DNA of 45,959 nucleotides from a virus: IMG/VR virus record IMGVR_UViG_3300025121_000006; one strand, written 5' to 3'. The notes beneath the pieces are model-generated. The model worked only from the letters and a program-made list of their open reading frames with translations. It did not search any database and was not told the DNA's origin. Position numbers and translations under genes: made by a program. Shown piece after piece: positions 25,727 through 32,965 of this stretch; the stretch's first letter is position 1; each line of letters opens with the position of its first letter.

Positions 25727-26155
25727 ATTTGCTGCTTGTTAATTGTTGCCTGCTGCTTAATGGGGTTTGCAAGCGCGGCGGATTTGAAGGAAAAGAGTAT
25801 CTCGCTGCTCTCGGCGACGACGGTTGCCTTTAACGCCAACGCCGATACTACGCTTTATACCGTGCCGACGGGTAAGCGATGCGTTCTGCATTCGGCGGTA
25901 GTTGTGGCGGGCGCGGACGCGGGGGCGACGACGACGCTTTCTATCGGGCAAAATACGGCGGAAACCGACTTTGTTGCCGCCCATACGCTCTCGAACCTCG
26001 ACGCGGCTTACGATGCGGTTATATTGCAGCCGGTACCGGCTACCACACCGTTGAAGATAAAAAGCTACGCAGCCGGCACGGTGATACAGGCGCAGGTCGC
26101 CAGCCAGTCGGGCGGAGCGACAAATACGGTGTACCTGTTCGGATTTTTGTATTAA
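25688..26155 (+). CDS. small secreted-type virion-module protein
   Basis: 155 aa, SD AAAGGAG. The N-terminus MFNHEGHEGTRKGICCLLIVACCLMGFASA is encoded by an A-type element followed by a hydrophobic core. Confidence 0.5.
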   Translation: MFNHEGHEGTRKGICCLLIVACCLMGFASAADLKEKSISLLSATTVAFNANADTTLYTVPTGKRCVLHSAVVVAGADAGATTTLSIGQNTAETDFVAAHTLSNLDAAYDAVILQPVPATTPLKIKSYAAGTVIQAQVASQSGGATNTVYLFGFLY

Positions 26156-26217
26156 ACGGCCGGTTTAACCACGAAGGACACGAAGAAAAATTTAATCACG
26201 GATTTCACGGATGAACA
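26154..26217 (+). repeat. junction element: A units + B units
   Basis: AAACGGCCGGTTTAACCACGAAGGACACGAAG ... TTTAATCACGGATTTCACGGATGAACAC. Confidence 0.9.
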
Positions 26218-26245
26218 CTAATTAAGGCAAAAGGCAGGAAGCATT

Positions 26246-26506
26246 ATGGCAAAGGAAAATAGCGTCGGAAAAGTTATCAGTATTATCGCAATGATTATTA
26301 CGATAACGATTAGTTTTGCAAGTCTTGTTTTCGCGGTGGCGACGCAAAATGAACGGCTTAATTATACATGCGCCGAACAGGATAAAATGAAGGCCAAGAT
26401 AGAAAGCCATGATCTTGCCATCACTGAAATCCAGACCGATATAAAGTATATCAGGCTTGGAATTGATGAGATAAAAAGGGAGGTCAAAAAGCAAAATGGC
26501 AACTAA
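26246..26506 (+). CDS. putative holin-like membrane protein
   Basis: 86 aa with one TM segment (VISIIAMIITITISFASLVFAVA) followed by a coiled-coil tail. The call rests on position and topology only. Confidence 0.35.
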   Translation: MAKENSVGKVISIIAMIITITISFASLVFAVATQNERLNYTCAEQDKMKAKIESHDLAITEIQTDIKYIRLGIDEIKREVKKQNGN

Positions 26507-26651
26507 CAGGGAAGACAGGGAGGATTTGCAGGATACGGTCAGAACGTGCCTGAAACTATTGGCGGACCTGAATGATATTTCTAAAAAGGCGGCAGTGGAA
26601 TGGCAGAAAGTAAAAAAAATATGCGATAAAACTATGAAAAAATTAGGTTAA
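26496..26651 (+). CDS. small hypothetical protein (51 aa)
   Basis: The ATG overlaps the end of the previous gene, and a terminator hairpin follows. It is below the ORF-track size cutoff. Confidence 0.35.
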   Translation: MATNREDREDLQDTVRTCLKLLADLNDISKKAAVEWQKVKKICDKTMKKLG

Positions 26652-26685
26652 AAAGTTTTCTCTCATCACTCCTCCTCCTTAAAGG

Positions 26686-26723
26686 CGGGCGGATGGCTGT
26701 GTAGGCTGTCCGCCCGTTATTTT
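26686..26723 (+). terminator. terminator between convergent gene blocks
   Basis: CGGGCGGA ... TCCGCCCG (8-bp stem, 15-nt loop) followed by TTATTTT. Confidence 0.6.
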
Positions 26724-26765
26724 AGCACTATCGTGCTAATTGATTATTGAAAATATATACAAGTG

Positions 26766-27314
26766 TTAGTAATTTTGCATTCTGTTCATCATGAAAAACC
26801 TGTAATCCCATTCGGCTTGGTTCTGTTTTTTGTCCAAGTCTTGTATTTTTCTTTCGGCTTGCTCGAACCAAACCGTACGTTCGTCTTGTAATAGAACAAT
26901 TTCATCATACAACTCACCTTTTCGTGATAGCAAAAGAGTAATCTCGGAAAAAATATTGGGATCACACACTTTTCGCAAATTTCGCAATGTTATCTCATTC
27001 GAAGCCAAATCATCGGCTTTGTAAGCCTTATCTGCCAATTGATAGGCAACGAGTTGGTCGTCAGTCAGTTTTTTGACCAGTTGCATTTCGTCAGATAGTA
27101 ATTTATCCATTTTTTCTTTGGCTAAATTTTCTCGCCGACGGATATCGTCTATTTTTTCCGTTGCATCGCGAAGGTCGGTATTTACATATTCAGAAGGCAA
27201 ATCACCAATCTTAACAGCAGGTGTATAATTTTCGTGGCCTTGGTACGTTTCGCACGCACACAAAAGAGTAATAGAAAAAATAACATACATAAGCAATTGT
27301 TTCATAGTTCGCAT
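26766..27314 (-). CDS. coiled-coil lipoprotein (moron; possible superinfection-exclusion factor)
   Basis: The N-terminus is MRTMKQLLMYVIFSITLLCAC, with SD AAAGGA 8 nt upstream. The gene is AT-rich, on the minus strand, and next to the integrase. Confidence 0.5.
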   Translation of the reverse strand: MRTMKQLLMYVIFSITLLCACETYQGHENYTPAVKIGDLPSEYVNTDLRDATEKIDDIRRRENLAKEKMDKLLSDEMQLVKKLTDDQLVAYQLADKAYKADDLASNEITLRNLRKVCDPNIFSEITLLLSRKGELYDEIVLLQDERTVWFEQAERKIQDLDKKQNQAEWDYRFFMMNRMQNY

Positions 27315-27347
27315 ATTTGTTTCCTTTCTAAACAAGAAAATTTATAT

Positions 27348-28163
27348 TCAATTCTCCAATATATTGGTTGTGCCTTTGAGAGTTTCTTCCGACCAGTGGA
27401 CATAGACGTTTTCGGTCACTTTGGTATCGGCATGACCCAGAAGGCGGCTGATAGTATACATATCGACGCCCCGGTGGTAAAGCTCATTTGCAAAAAAATG
27501 GCGGCAGGAATGAGGGCTAAAGGTTGGGATTTTAGCGGAGGCGGCGAGTTTTTTGCAGGTTCGCCACATCCAAAGCCTCTTTTTGCGGCGGACGAATGAA
27601 AAATCAGGGTATTTTCGGACTATTGAGATGGCGGTGGAATTCAAGGGAATAGAACGGTTGCGGCGGCCCTTGCCGACGATGCGAAGGAAGCCATTTGCAA
27701 GGTTGTCGGGGCCCAGGCCGGCAAGTTCGGAAACCCGAAGGCCGGTATGGCAAAGGAATTGAAAGCAGGCCAGTTCGTCGTCGGCAGGGTTTTTGCGGCA
27801 GACTTTTTTATATTCGGCCATGGATAGTATCCGCTGATCCGGCGGCAAGGCGGGAAGCGTATTCAACAGACGGCCAAGGTCGGCGGTATTGATGCGGCAG
27901 CTTAGCCACTTGTAAAAGCTTTTGATGGCGTTGATGTAGAGATTGCAGCTGCTTGCCTTGCGGCCTTTGGCTCGCTTACGCAAGATGAAGGTTTCTATAG
28001 TTTCAACCTTGACGACGGTTAGGTCATTGCCGACATATTTGGCAAGGTCGAGAAGCACTTTGCGATAGGTTTTTAGGGTATCGTCAGAGAAGGTTCTGTT
28101 AAAAAATAAAAAATTTTCCACAGTTGACGCAAAATTTTTTTCGTCTGTAAACATCGTTCCCAT
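27348..28163 (-). CDS. int: tyrosine integrase
   Basis: 'HSCRHFFANELYHRGVDMYTISRLLGHADTKVTENVYVH' carries the R..HxxR..Y catalytic signature of phage integrases. Confidence 0.85.
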   Translation of the reverse strand: MGTMFTDEKNFASTVENFLFFNRTFSDDTLKTYRKVLLDLAKYVGNDLTVVKVETIETFILRKRAKGRKASSCNLYINAIKSFYKWLSCRINTADLGRLLNTLPALPPDQRILSMAEYKKVCRKNPADDELACFQFLCHTGLRVSELAGLGPDNLANGFLRIVGKGRRNRSIPLNSTAISIVRKYPDFSFVRRKKRLWMWRTCKKLAASAKIPTFSPHSCRHFFANELYHRGVDMYTISRLLGHADTKVTENVYVHWSEETLKGTTNILEN

Positions 28164-28281
28164 AAGACATTATACAAAACGACGCGCCGGATAGTCAAAT
28201 ATTTTCTAAAAAAAACTTGCAAATGAAACATAACATATATAAACTTTAAGCATGAATGAAAATTATGCTTGAAGGTGTGTT

Positions 28282-29001
28282 ATGTTTTCAAAATTTTGGC
28301 ACGCGGTTGTATCCTTAAATCCTGTTTGTTCCCATCAAAAAAGTTTCCTCGCTCAATCCGTTTCGCGACTTGCCGAAAAGGATTGTAACAAAACAGAGCC
28401 GATAAGTCAACAACAAAATAGAAATAGGCGGCTGCTCAATTCGTCACTTTCAAGCAGTTTCAGAAAAAGCGGTCGCCTTTTTTATAATCTCCCTCCGCTG
28501 GCGGGGTCGGTAATCGTCACGATCGTATTGCTGGCCCTGCCGTTTTTTGGTTCTTCGCCACTTGGTCGGGGACAGGGTACTTCTTTTTCCTCCCACCTAA
28601 AGAAAACTCCCGTCCCCGTTTTTGTCATTATTATGCTTTTGCTCGCCAGTACCGCCTTTGCCGCCGATTTTGACCGATTGCTTGACGCGATCGAGCAGGT
28701 CGAAAGCGGCGGCAGGGTGTGCACAGGTGACGGCGGAAACGCGGTCGGGTCGTATCAAATCTGGAAAATCTATGTCGATGATGTCAACAGGATAATCGGC
28801 AAAAATAGGTATAGTTACGCTGACAGGTACAGCCGCGTAAGAAGCCGCCAGATGGTCAGGATATATCTAAACCATTATGGCAAGGGCAAGAGCTTTGAGG
28901 CAATGGCACGGATTCATAACGGCGGGCCCAAGGGCGATACGAAGCAATCGACGGTTAAATACTGGGAAAAGGTGAAAGAGGCGATGGGAGGTGCAAAATG
29001 A
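28282..29001 (+). CDS. SLT-type lytic transglycosylase (endolysin) with long N-terminal extension
   Basis: 'IEQVESGG...AVGSYQI...ARIHNGGPKG' matches the E-S / G-x-x-Q-I / (A)YN-G-G SLT motifs. The catalytic part is ~28650-29001, and ATG 28633 (MLLLASTAFA) is an alternative start. Confidence 0.6.
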   Translation: MFSKFWHAVVSLNPVCSHQKSFLAQSVSRLAEKDCNKTEPISQQQNRNRRLLNSSLSSSFRKSGRLFYNLPPLAGSVIVTIVLLALPFFGSSPLGRGQGTSFSSHLKKTPVPVFVIIMLLLASTAFAADFDRLLDAIEQVESGGRVCTGDGGNAVGSYQIWKIYVDDVNRIIGKNRYSYADRYSRVRSRQMVRIYLNHYGKGKSFEAMARIHNGGPKGDTKQSTVKYWEKVKEAMGGAK

Positions 29002-29372
29002 GCGGAACCACGAAGGGCACGAAGAGACACGAAGTTTGTCAATTTACAAAACAGCCGTTTAACTGTGGCGTATGTGAGGGAGCAAAAAACAAATTGTCGG
29101 CAGGGAAATTTCACATGTGCCAGAGTATCGACGGGCCATTGAGAAACTGGGGGAAAAAACAATGGAAAAATGCAACATCATACATGACAGGAGATAATGG
29201 TAAAAGGTTTACAAGTGATGAGTTGAAGGATGAATTTTTTAACATGCACAACAAAGGCTGGACGTGTATGCCTGTTGGGGAATGCGATAAGTTCTGTTTC
29301 AAAAAAGGATGCATGGGGCATAAAAAAGAATCTGCGGAATCAGCGAAATCCGCGGTTAAGGAGGATTGTTAA
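28998..29372 (+). CDS. Cys-rich hypothetical protein
   Basis: 124 aa, joined to the endolysin by an ATGA overlap. Both ends are encoded by junction elements (TTKGTKRHE ... ESAESAKSAV). Confidence 0.4.
   Translation: MSGTTKGTKRHEVCQFTKQPFNCGVCEGAKNKLSAGKFHMCQSIDGPLRNWGKKQWKNATSYMTGDNGKRFTSDELKDEFFNMHNKGWTCMPVGECDKFCFKKGCMGHKKESAESAKSAVKEDC
29005..29062 (+). repeat. A units x3 + AACAGCC-TTTAAC, translated in a different frame
   Basis: GAACCACGAAGGGCACGAAGAGACACGAAG ... AACAGCCGTTTAAC. Confidence 0.85.
29328..29360 (-). repeat. junction element: C/B hybrid, reverse
   Basis: GAATCTGCGGAATCAGCGAAATCCGCGGTTAAG, followed by GAGG (SD) and an ATG. Confidence 0.85.
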
Positions 29373-29546
29373 ATGACACTGGCGGAATTGAAGGCTTATT
29401 ATATCGACCTGCGGGAAGAACTTGAGATGTGTAAGGATAAATACGATTACATGCGCGGGGCGACAATAGCGGGGATAAAGCGGACGGTGCAGCAGAAAAT
29501 AGAACGGATAGAAGAGAAGGTTTTTGCGGGAAGGAATTCAAAATGA
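29373..29546 (+). CDS. small hypothetical protein (57 aa)
   Basis: A strong SD (TAAGGAGG) lies 7 nt upstream, and an ATGA overlap joins it to the next gene. It is below the ORF-track cutoff. Confidence 0.55.
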   Translation: MTLAELKAYYIDLREELEMCKDKYDYMRGATIAGIKRTVQQKIERIEEKVFAGRNSK

Positions 29547-30073
29547 CTACTAAAGGGCATGTAATCGGATTTGCGATTGTTTTGGCTCTGTGGCTGGTTC
29601 TGTGCCTGACGGGGTGTTCATCCCCCCAGAAGGCGTTAAAGGACACTCCGGCTTATTTTAGGGCTAATATAGGCCAGTTCAAAGTAACGCTTAATCCACT
29701 GCTGGCAGGGTACGTTAAAAGCGGCGACGCCGAGGGCGTTATTTATATATCGCCATTGGCGACGGGGCGGGAGATAAGACATGAGGCGTTCCATAGCTTC
29801 GAGATCAGGGCTGGCTATAACAGGCAGGCCGAGTGGGGGCGGTTCTATAATAGTTTCCGTTGCGAGGGGGGTGGTGGTGAAAAGAAGTATATGGGCAAGC
29901 CGTTACTACTGGCACGGTTCGCTGTATGGATGCCGTCGAGGCTTTACGGGAAGGTCAATCACTTTGAGGACGCGGCGGAAAGTTTCTGCCGGGGCGATAG
30001 CGATGCGGTGACGAGATTTACCGAAGGAAAATTTAGCCACGGATTAACCCGGATTAACCCGGATGAAGAATAG
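29543..30073 (+). CDS. lipoprotein with HExxH motif (putative zinc metallopeptidase)
   Basis: The signal peptide plus lipobox is ...LVLCLTGC, and 'IRHEAFHSFE' contains HEAFH. The C-terminus is encoded by a B-type element. Confidence 0.45.
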   Translation: MTTKGHVIGFAIVLALWLVLCLTGCSSPQKALKDTPAYFRANIGQFKVTLNPLLAGYVKSGDAEGVIYISPLATGREIRHEAFHSFEIRAGYNRQAEWGRFYNSFRCEGGGGEKKYMGKPLLLARFAVWMPSRLYGKVNHFEDAAESFCRGDSDAVTRFTEGKFSHGLTRINPDEE

Positions 30074-30137
30074 CCGCAAAAAGGCACAAAAGACACAAAA
30101 AAAATCTGCGTAATCTGCGGTTAAGAAAGGGGCTGTT
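30032..30137. repeat. composite: B units, degenerate A, then inverted C + inverted AACAGCC box
   Basis: TTTAGCCACGGATTAACCCGGATTAACCCGGATG; GGCACAAAAGACACAAAA; AATCTGCGTAATCTGCGGTTAAG...GGCTGTT. Confidence 0.85.
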
Positions 30138-30141
30138 AAAA

Positions 30142-30552
30142 ATGAGTACAGAGACAAAGCATGTGGCAAATCATGTTTTATACGAGCCGAAATATGTGGG
30201 ATACGGTATCGGGCTTATTGCGGCAATTGACGACGCAATGACGATGGGCGTGCCTCTGGCGGTAAAAAGGCAGGAGATCAAGGATTATATTCAAAACCAT
30301 ATCAGGCCGGCTCCCAGGGTAGAGATAATCGTTTTGAGCGATTATTCTGCAAGGCAGATAGGGCATATCGAAGAGATAAAGGCGATCCTCGGCGATGCAA
30401 AGGTTATGAGTGTTTTGATGGCGGCGGGCGCCGATACGGTGGAGCTGGTTCTTACGCTGCCCAGGTGGGCGGCGGCTAAATATACCAAGGGCGTCGTCGA
30501 TGAGGCAACATGGGCTAAAATAGAGCGGCCGAAAGAGATCTTAAAAAGGTGA
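30142..30552 (+). CDS. hypothetical protein
   Basis: 136 aa with an SD-like AAAGGGG upstream. Confidence 0.5.
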   Translation: MSTETKHVANHVLYEPKYVGYGIGLIAAIDDAMTMGVPLAVKRQEIKDYIQNHIRPAPRVEIIVLSDYSARQIGHIEEIKAILGDAKVMSVLMAAGADTVELVLTLPRWAAAKYTKGVVDEATWAKIERPKEILKR

Positions 30553-30649
30553 CAGCGGAACAGATGTGTTAAACGCTGATTACGCTGATTACGCAGATTG
30601 AAAATTGAAGAAAACTTCGCAGAACTTCGTGTTCTTCGTGGTGAAAAAA
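30551..30649. repeat. composite: C units (forward) + A units (reverse)
   Basis: GTTAAACGCTGATTACGCTGATTACGCAGATTG ... ACTTCGCAGAACTTCGTGTTCTTCGTGGTG. Confidence 0.9.
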
Positions 30650-30818
30650 ATTGGTCCGGATTAGTTACCAGGCGGCGAGAGCCGTCCGGCTTCGGCGTGC
30701 CGATGGCAGAGATGCCCAAACGCCGGATTTTAAGTTGGGTTTAGCCCCGAAGGCTTAGAGGTTAGGAATTAGAGTTTAGAGTTTGCCCGCCGCAGGCGGG
30801 GAAATGGAGTAGTGAGTT

Positions 30819-31541
30819 ATGCAAGGGAATGCTGTTAGTCAGAAGTCGGAAGTTAAAGAGCATCCGATGCTTTTTATGGGCGAAATGGTTCGGGCGACTC
30901 TTGACGGCAGGAAGACGCAGACGAGAAGGGTAATAAATCCGCAGCCGCATTTCATAATTAAAGACGGTTCACAATGTTGTCCTTATTGGCTTTGGATAAA
31001 AGGCAAAAGACGCGCGGCATGGACGGAGAATGGAGATAAAACTCTTATTCTCCATCAATGCAAATATCAAGTTGGCGACAGGCTTTGGGTGAAAGAGGCG
31101 TGGAGATATGAGGGTGAAACACACAAAGGATGTCCCTATTGCTGTTCCATAGAAGAAGCCGACAAGCATATCGCTACGGTGGTTCACTATAAAGCTGATG
31201 ATGAACACAAAACAATAGCTGGTCGATTTAAAACGACAAAAAGTTATTGTAGAGAAGGCTATCTTCCTTCAATCCACATGCCCCGCTGGGCTTCCCGCAT
31301 TCTGCTGGAAGTAACTGAAATCAGGGTACAGCGGGTGCAGGATATAAGCGAAGAGGATGCGAAAGCGGAGGGTTGCCAACCAGAAGTTGTCAGAAGTTAC
31401 GGCCTGATGAATACGGGCACCTGGATGGATTATCCTTTATACAAGGCTGGATATAAGACGCTTTGGGATTCCATCAACGCCAAACGCGGGTTTGGCTGGG
31501 ATGTAAATCCGTGGGTGTGGGCGATTACATTTAACGGATAG
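30819..31541 (+). CDS. ASCH-domain-like protein
   Basis: 'MLFMGEMVRATLDGRKTQTRRV' is the typical ASCH N-terminal beta-barrel motif seen in many phage proteins. Confidence 0.5.
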   Translation: MQGNAVSQKSEVKEHPMLFMGEMVRATLDGRKTQTRRVINPQPHFIIKDGSQCCPYWLWIKGKRRAAWTENGDKTLILHQCKYQVGDRLWVKEAWRYEGETHKGCPYCCSIEEADKHIATVVHYKADDEHKTIAGRFKTTKSYCREGYLPSIHMPRWASRILLEVTEIRVQRVQDISEEDAKAEGCQPEVVRSYGLMNTGTWMDYPLYKAGYKTLWDSINAKRGFGWDVNPWVWAITFNG

Positions 31542-31590
31542 CAAAAAGCTAAAAACGAAAAATTTATTTTTTAGAAAGGAATTTAGAAAG

Positions 31591-32409
31591 ATGGATCAGA
31601 TTAAGGAATTTATCGAAGGTGTCCAGCAGGGGCAAAACAATGTGATTTCGCTTGTGCGAAAAGTGCTGGATGGAAAAGAAAACGTTACGGTGGAACTGGT
31701 CAATAAAAAGGCCGAACCAGTCCGTGCCGAATCCCCGGCACGTGCCCACGTATTTCATACGGCATCGGGTTTTATTGATTTTGTCGGCAAGAATAAAACC
31801 CCAAACACGATTGTTTTGGCGGATACTGAAAATCTTTGTGTGGCGGCGGTGCTCGATGACAAGGCGGAAAAAGGTTTTGAGGTAGTGGAGCTTCGGCCAC
31901 TATATTGGCCGCAATTCAAGCTGCTCAACGATACTTTGCTGGGTGCCGAGGATATGGATATTCACAAGTTCGGCAAGCAGGTTATGCGTAACCGCGAAAT
32001 AATTGTCACCGATAACGGACAGAGCGGCAGGGATATCGCCATGTTAATGCAGCAGATAACGGTTGCCAGCAAAATAACCGCATGCAGCGGCAGCGGCAAA
32101 ACGAGCGTAAACGGCGTTATGATCCATACCGAGGTCAAGGCCGGTACAGGCGAGGAACTGGTAGAGATACCCGATACAATCAAGGTATCGACCCCGATAT
32201 GGTTCGAGACGGAGGTTGTCGAATTCGGATTGGATATCACCATGGCCGCACACCCAAGGGGGGAATTTGTCAAAGTGATAGTCGACAGCCCGGAACTTGC
32301 GATGAAGCAGGCGAAGGTGTTCGAGCGGATGCTTGAACCTATTAAGGCAATGGAGGGTGTGCTGGTTGCGCTGGGTAATTACCAAACGGCTGGATGGCGG
32401 TATATCTAA
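31591..32409 (+). CDS. hypothetical protein, possibly DUF2303/YfdQ-like
   Basis: 272 aa. Its size and the 'ARAHVFHTASGFIDFV' segment recall prophage YfdQ-family proteins, but the similarity is weak. Confidence 0.3.
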   Translation: MDQIKEFIEGVQQGQNNVISLVRKVLDGKENVTVELVNKKAEPVRAESPARAHVFHTASGFIDFVGKNKTPNTIVLADTENLCVAAVLDDKAEKGFEVVELRPLYWPQFKLLNDTLLGAEDMDIHKFGKQVMRNREIIVTDNGQSGRDIAMLMQQITVASKITACSGSGKTSVNGVMIHTEVKAGTGEELVEIPDTIKVSTPIWFETEVVEFGLDITMAAHPRGEFVKVIVDSPELAMKQAKVFERMLEPIKAMEGVLVALGNYQTAGWRYI

Positions 32410-32414
32410 AGGCC

Positions 32415-32473
32415 GCTATCAGCTATCAGAGGGCAGACATCAGAAATTAGATATTTGAAATTTGAAAATTAAG
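32415..32473 (+). repeat. heptamer runs (CTATCAG family, then TTTGAAA family)
   Basis: CTATCAGCTATCAGAGGGCAGACATCAG AAATTAGATATTTGAAATTTGAAAATTAAG. Confidence 0.8.
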
Positions 32474-32486
32474 AAATGGAGTTTTT

Positions 32487-32846
32487 ATGCCAACGAGTTT
32501 TGTTGAACTGGAACTTGCCAATATCGATGAGGGCAGGTTTTTGGGGGACGCCGAAGAGACGTTCCGAAAATTAACGAAGGATTTGATTGGGCACTGCGAG
32601 AAGCACGGCGACGCGCAGGCTACGATGACGGCCAAGGTCACCGTCAAGCGTAAAGACGGCAATTACGTTATCGTTACCGATACCGAGGCCAAGCTGCCCA
32701 AAAGGCCGGCAAAGGTCACTACGGCGCTGGTTGACCATAACCAGACCGAGGAGGTGTGCCTGTTCACGAAATTTACCGGCACCGATAAGGACAATCCCCG
32801 GCAGATGAAATTCTGCCGTGAGGATGGCAGCCTTCCAAAAGATTAA
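32487..32846 (+). CDS. hypothetical protein
   Basis: 119 aa with an SD (GGAG) upstream and a hairpin plus short T-run downstream. Confidence 0.5.
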   Translation: MPTSFVELELANIDEGRFLGDAEETFRKLTKDLIGHCEKHGDAQATMTAKVTVKRKDGNYVIVTDTEAKLPKRPAKVTTALVDHNQTEEVCLFTKFTGTDKDNPRQMKFCREDGSLPKD

Positions 32847-32849
32847 ATC

Positions 32850-32869
32850 CCCGGATGGTCCGGGCTTTT
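32850..32869 (+). terminator. weak terminator-like hairpin
   Basis: CCCGGA-TGG-TCCGGG followed by CTTTT. Confidence 0.4.
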
Positions 32870-32933
32870 ACGGCGGGTGCGGTTTTTAAGAAACTAATTC
32901 CTTTTTAATTTTGCCGCATCCGCCTGTTTTGAA

Positions 32934-32965
32934 TTTAGCCACAAAGGGCACGAAGAAGCACGAAA
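32934..32965 (+). repeat. junction element: A units x3 ending at an ATG
   Basis: TTTAGCCACAAAGGGCACGAAGAAGCACGAAA followed by ATG. Confidence 0.85.

Noticed and set aside
28217-28243. A sigma70-like promoter (TTGCAA ... TATAAA) between int and the endolysin.
   Set aside because: The spacing between the hexamers is about 15 nt rather than 17, and the host promoter consensus is unknown. This is too weak to report as a feature.
28164-28632. A tRNA-derived attP core or a tRNA gene next to the integrase.
   Set aside because: I could not find a T-loop/acceptor-like sequence (GGTTCGAATCC-type) or any cloverleaf here or elsewhere in the window.
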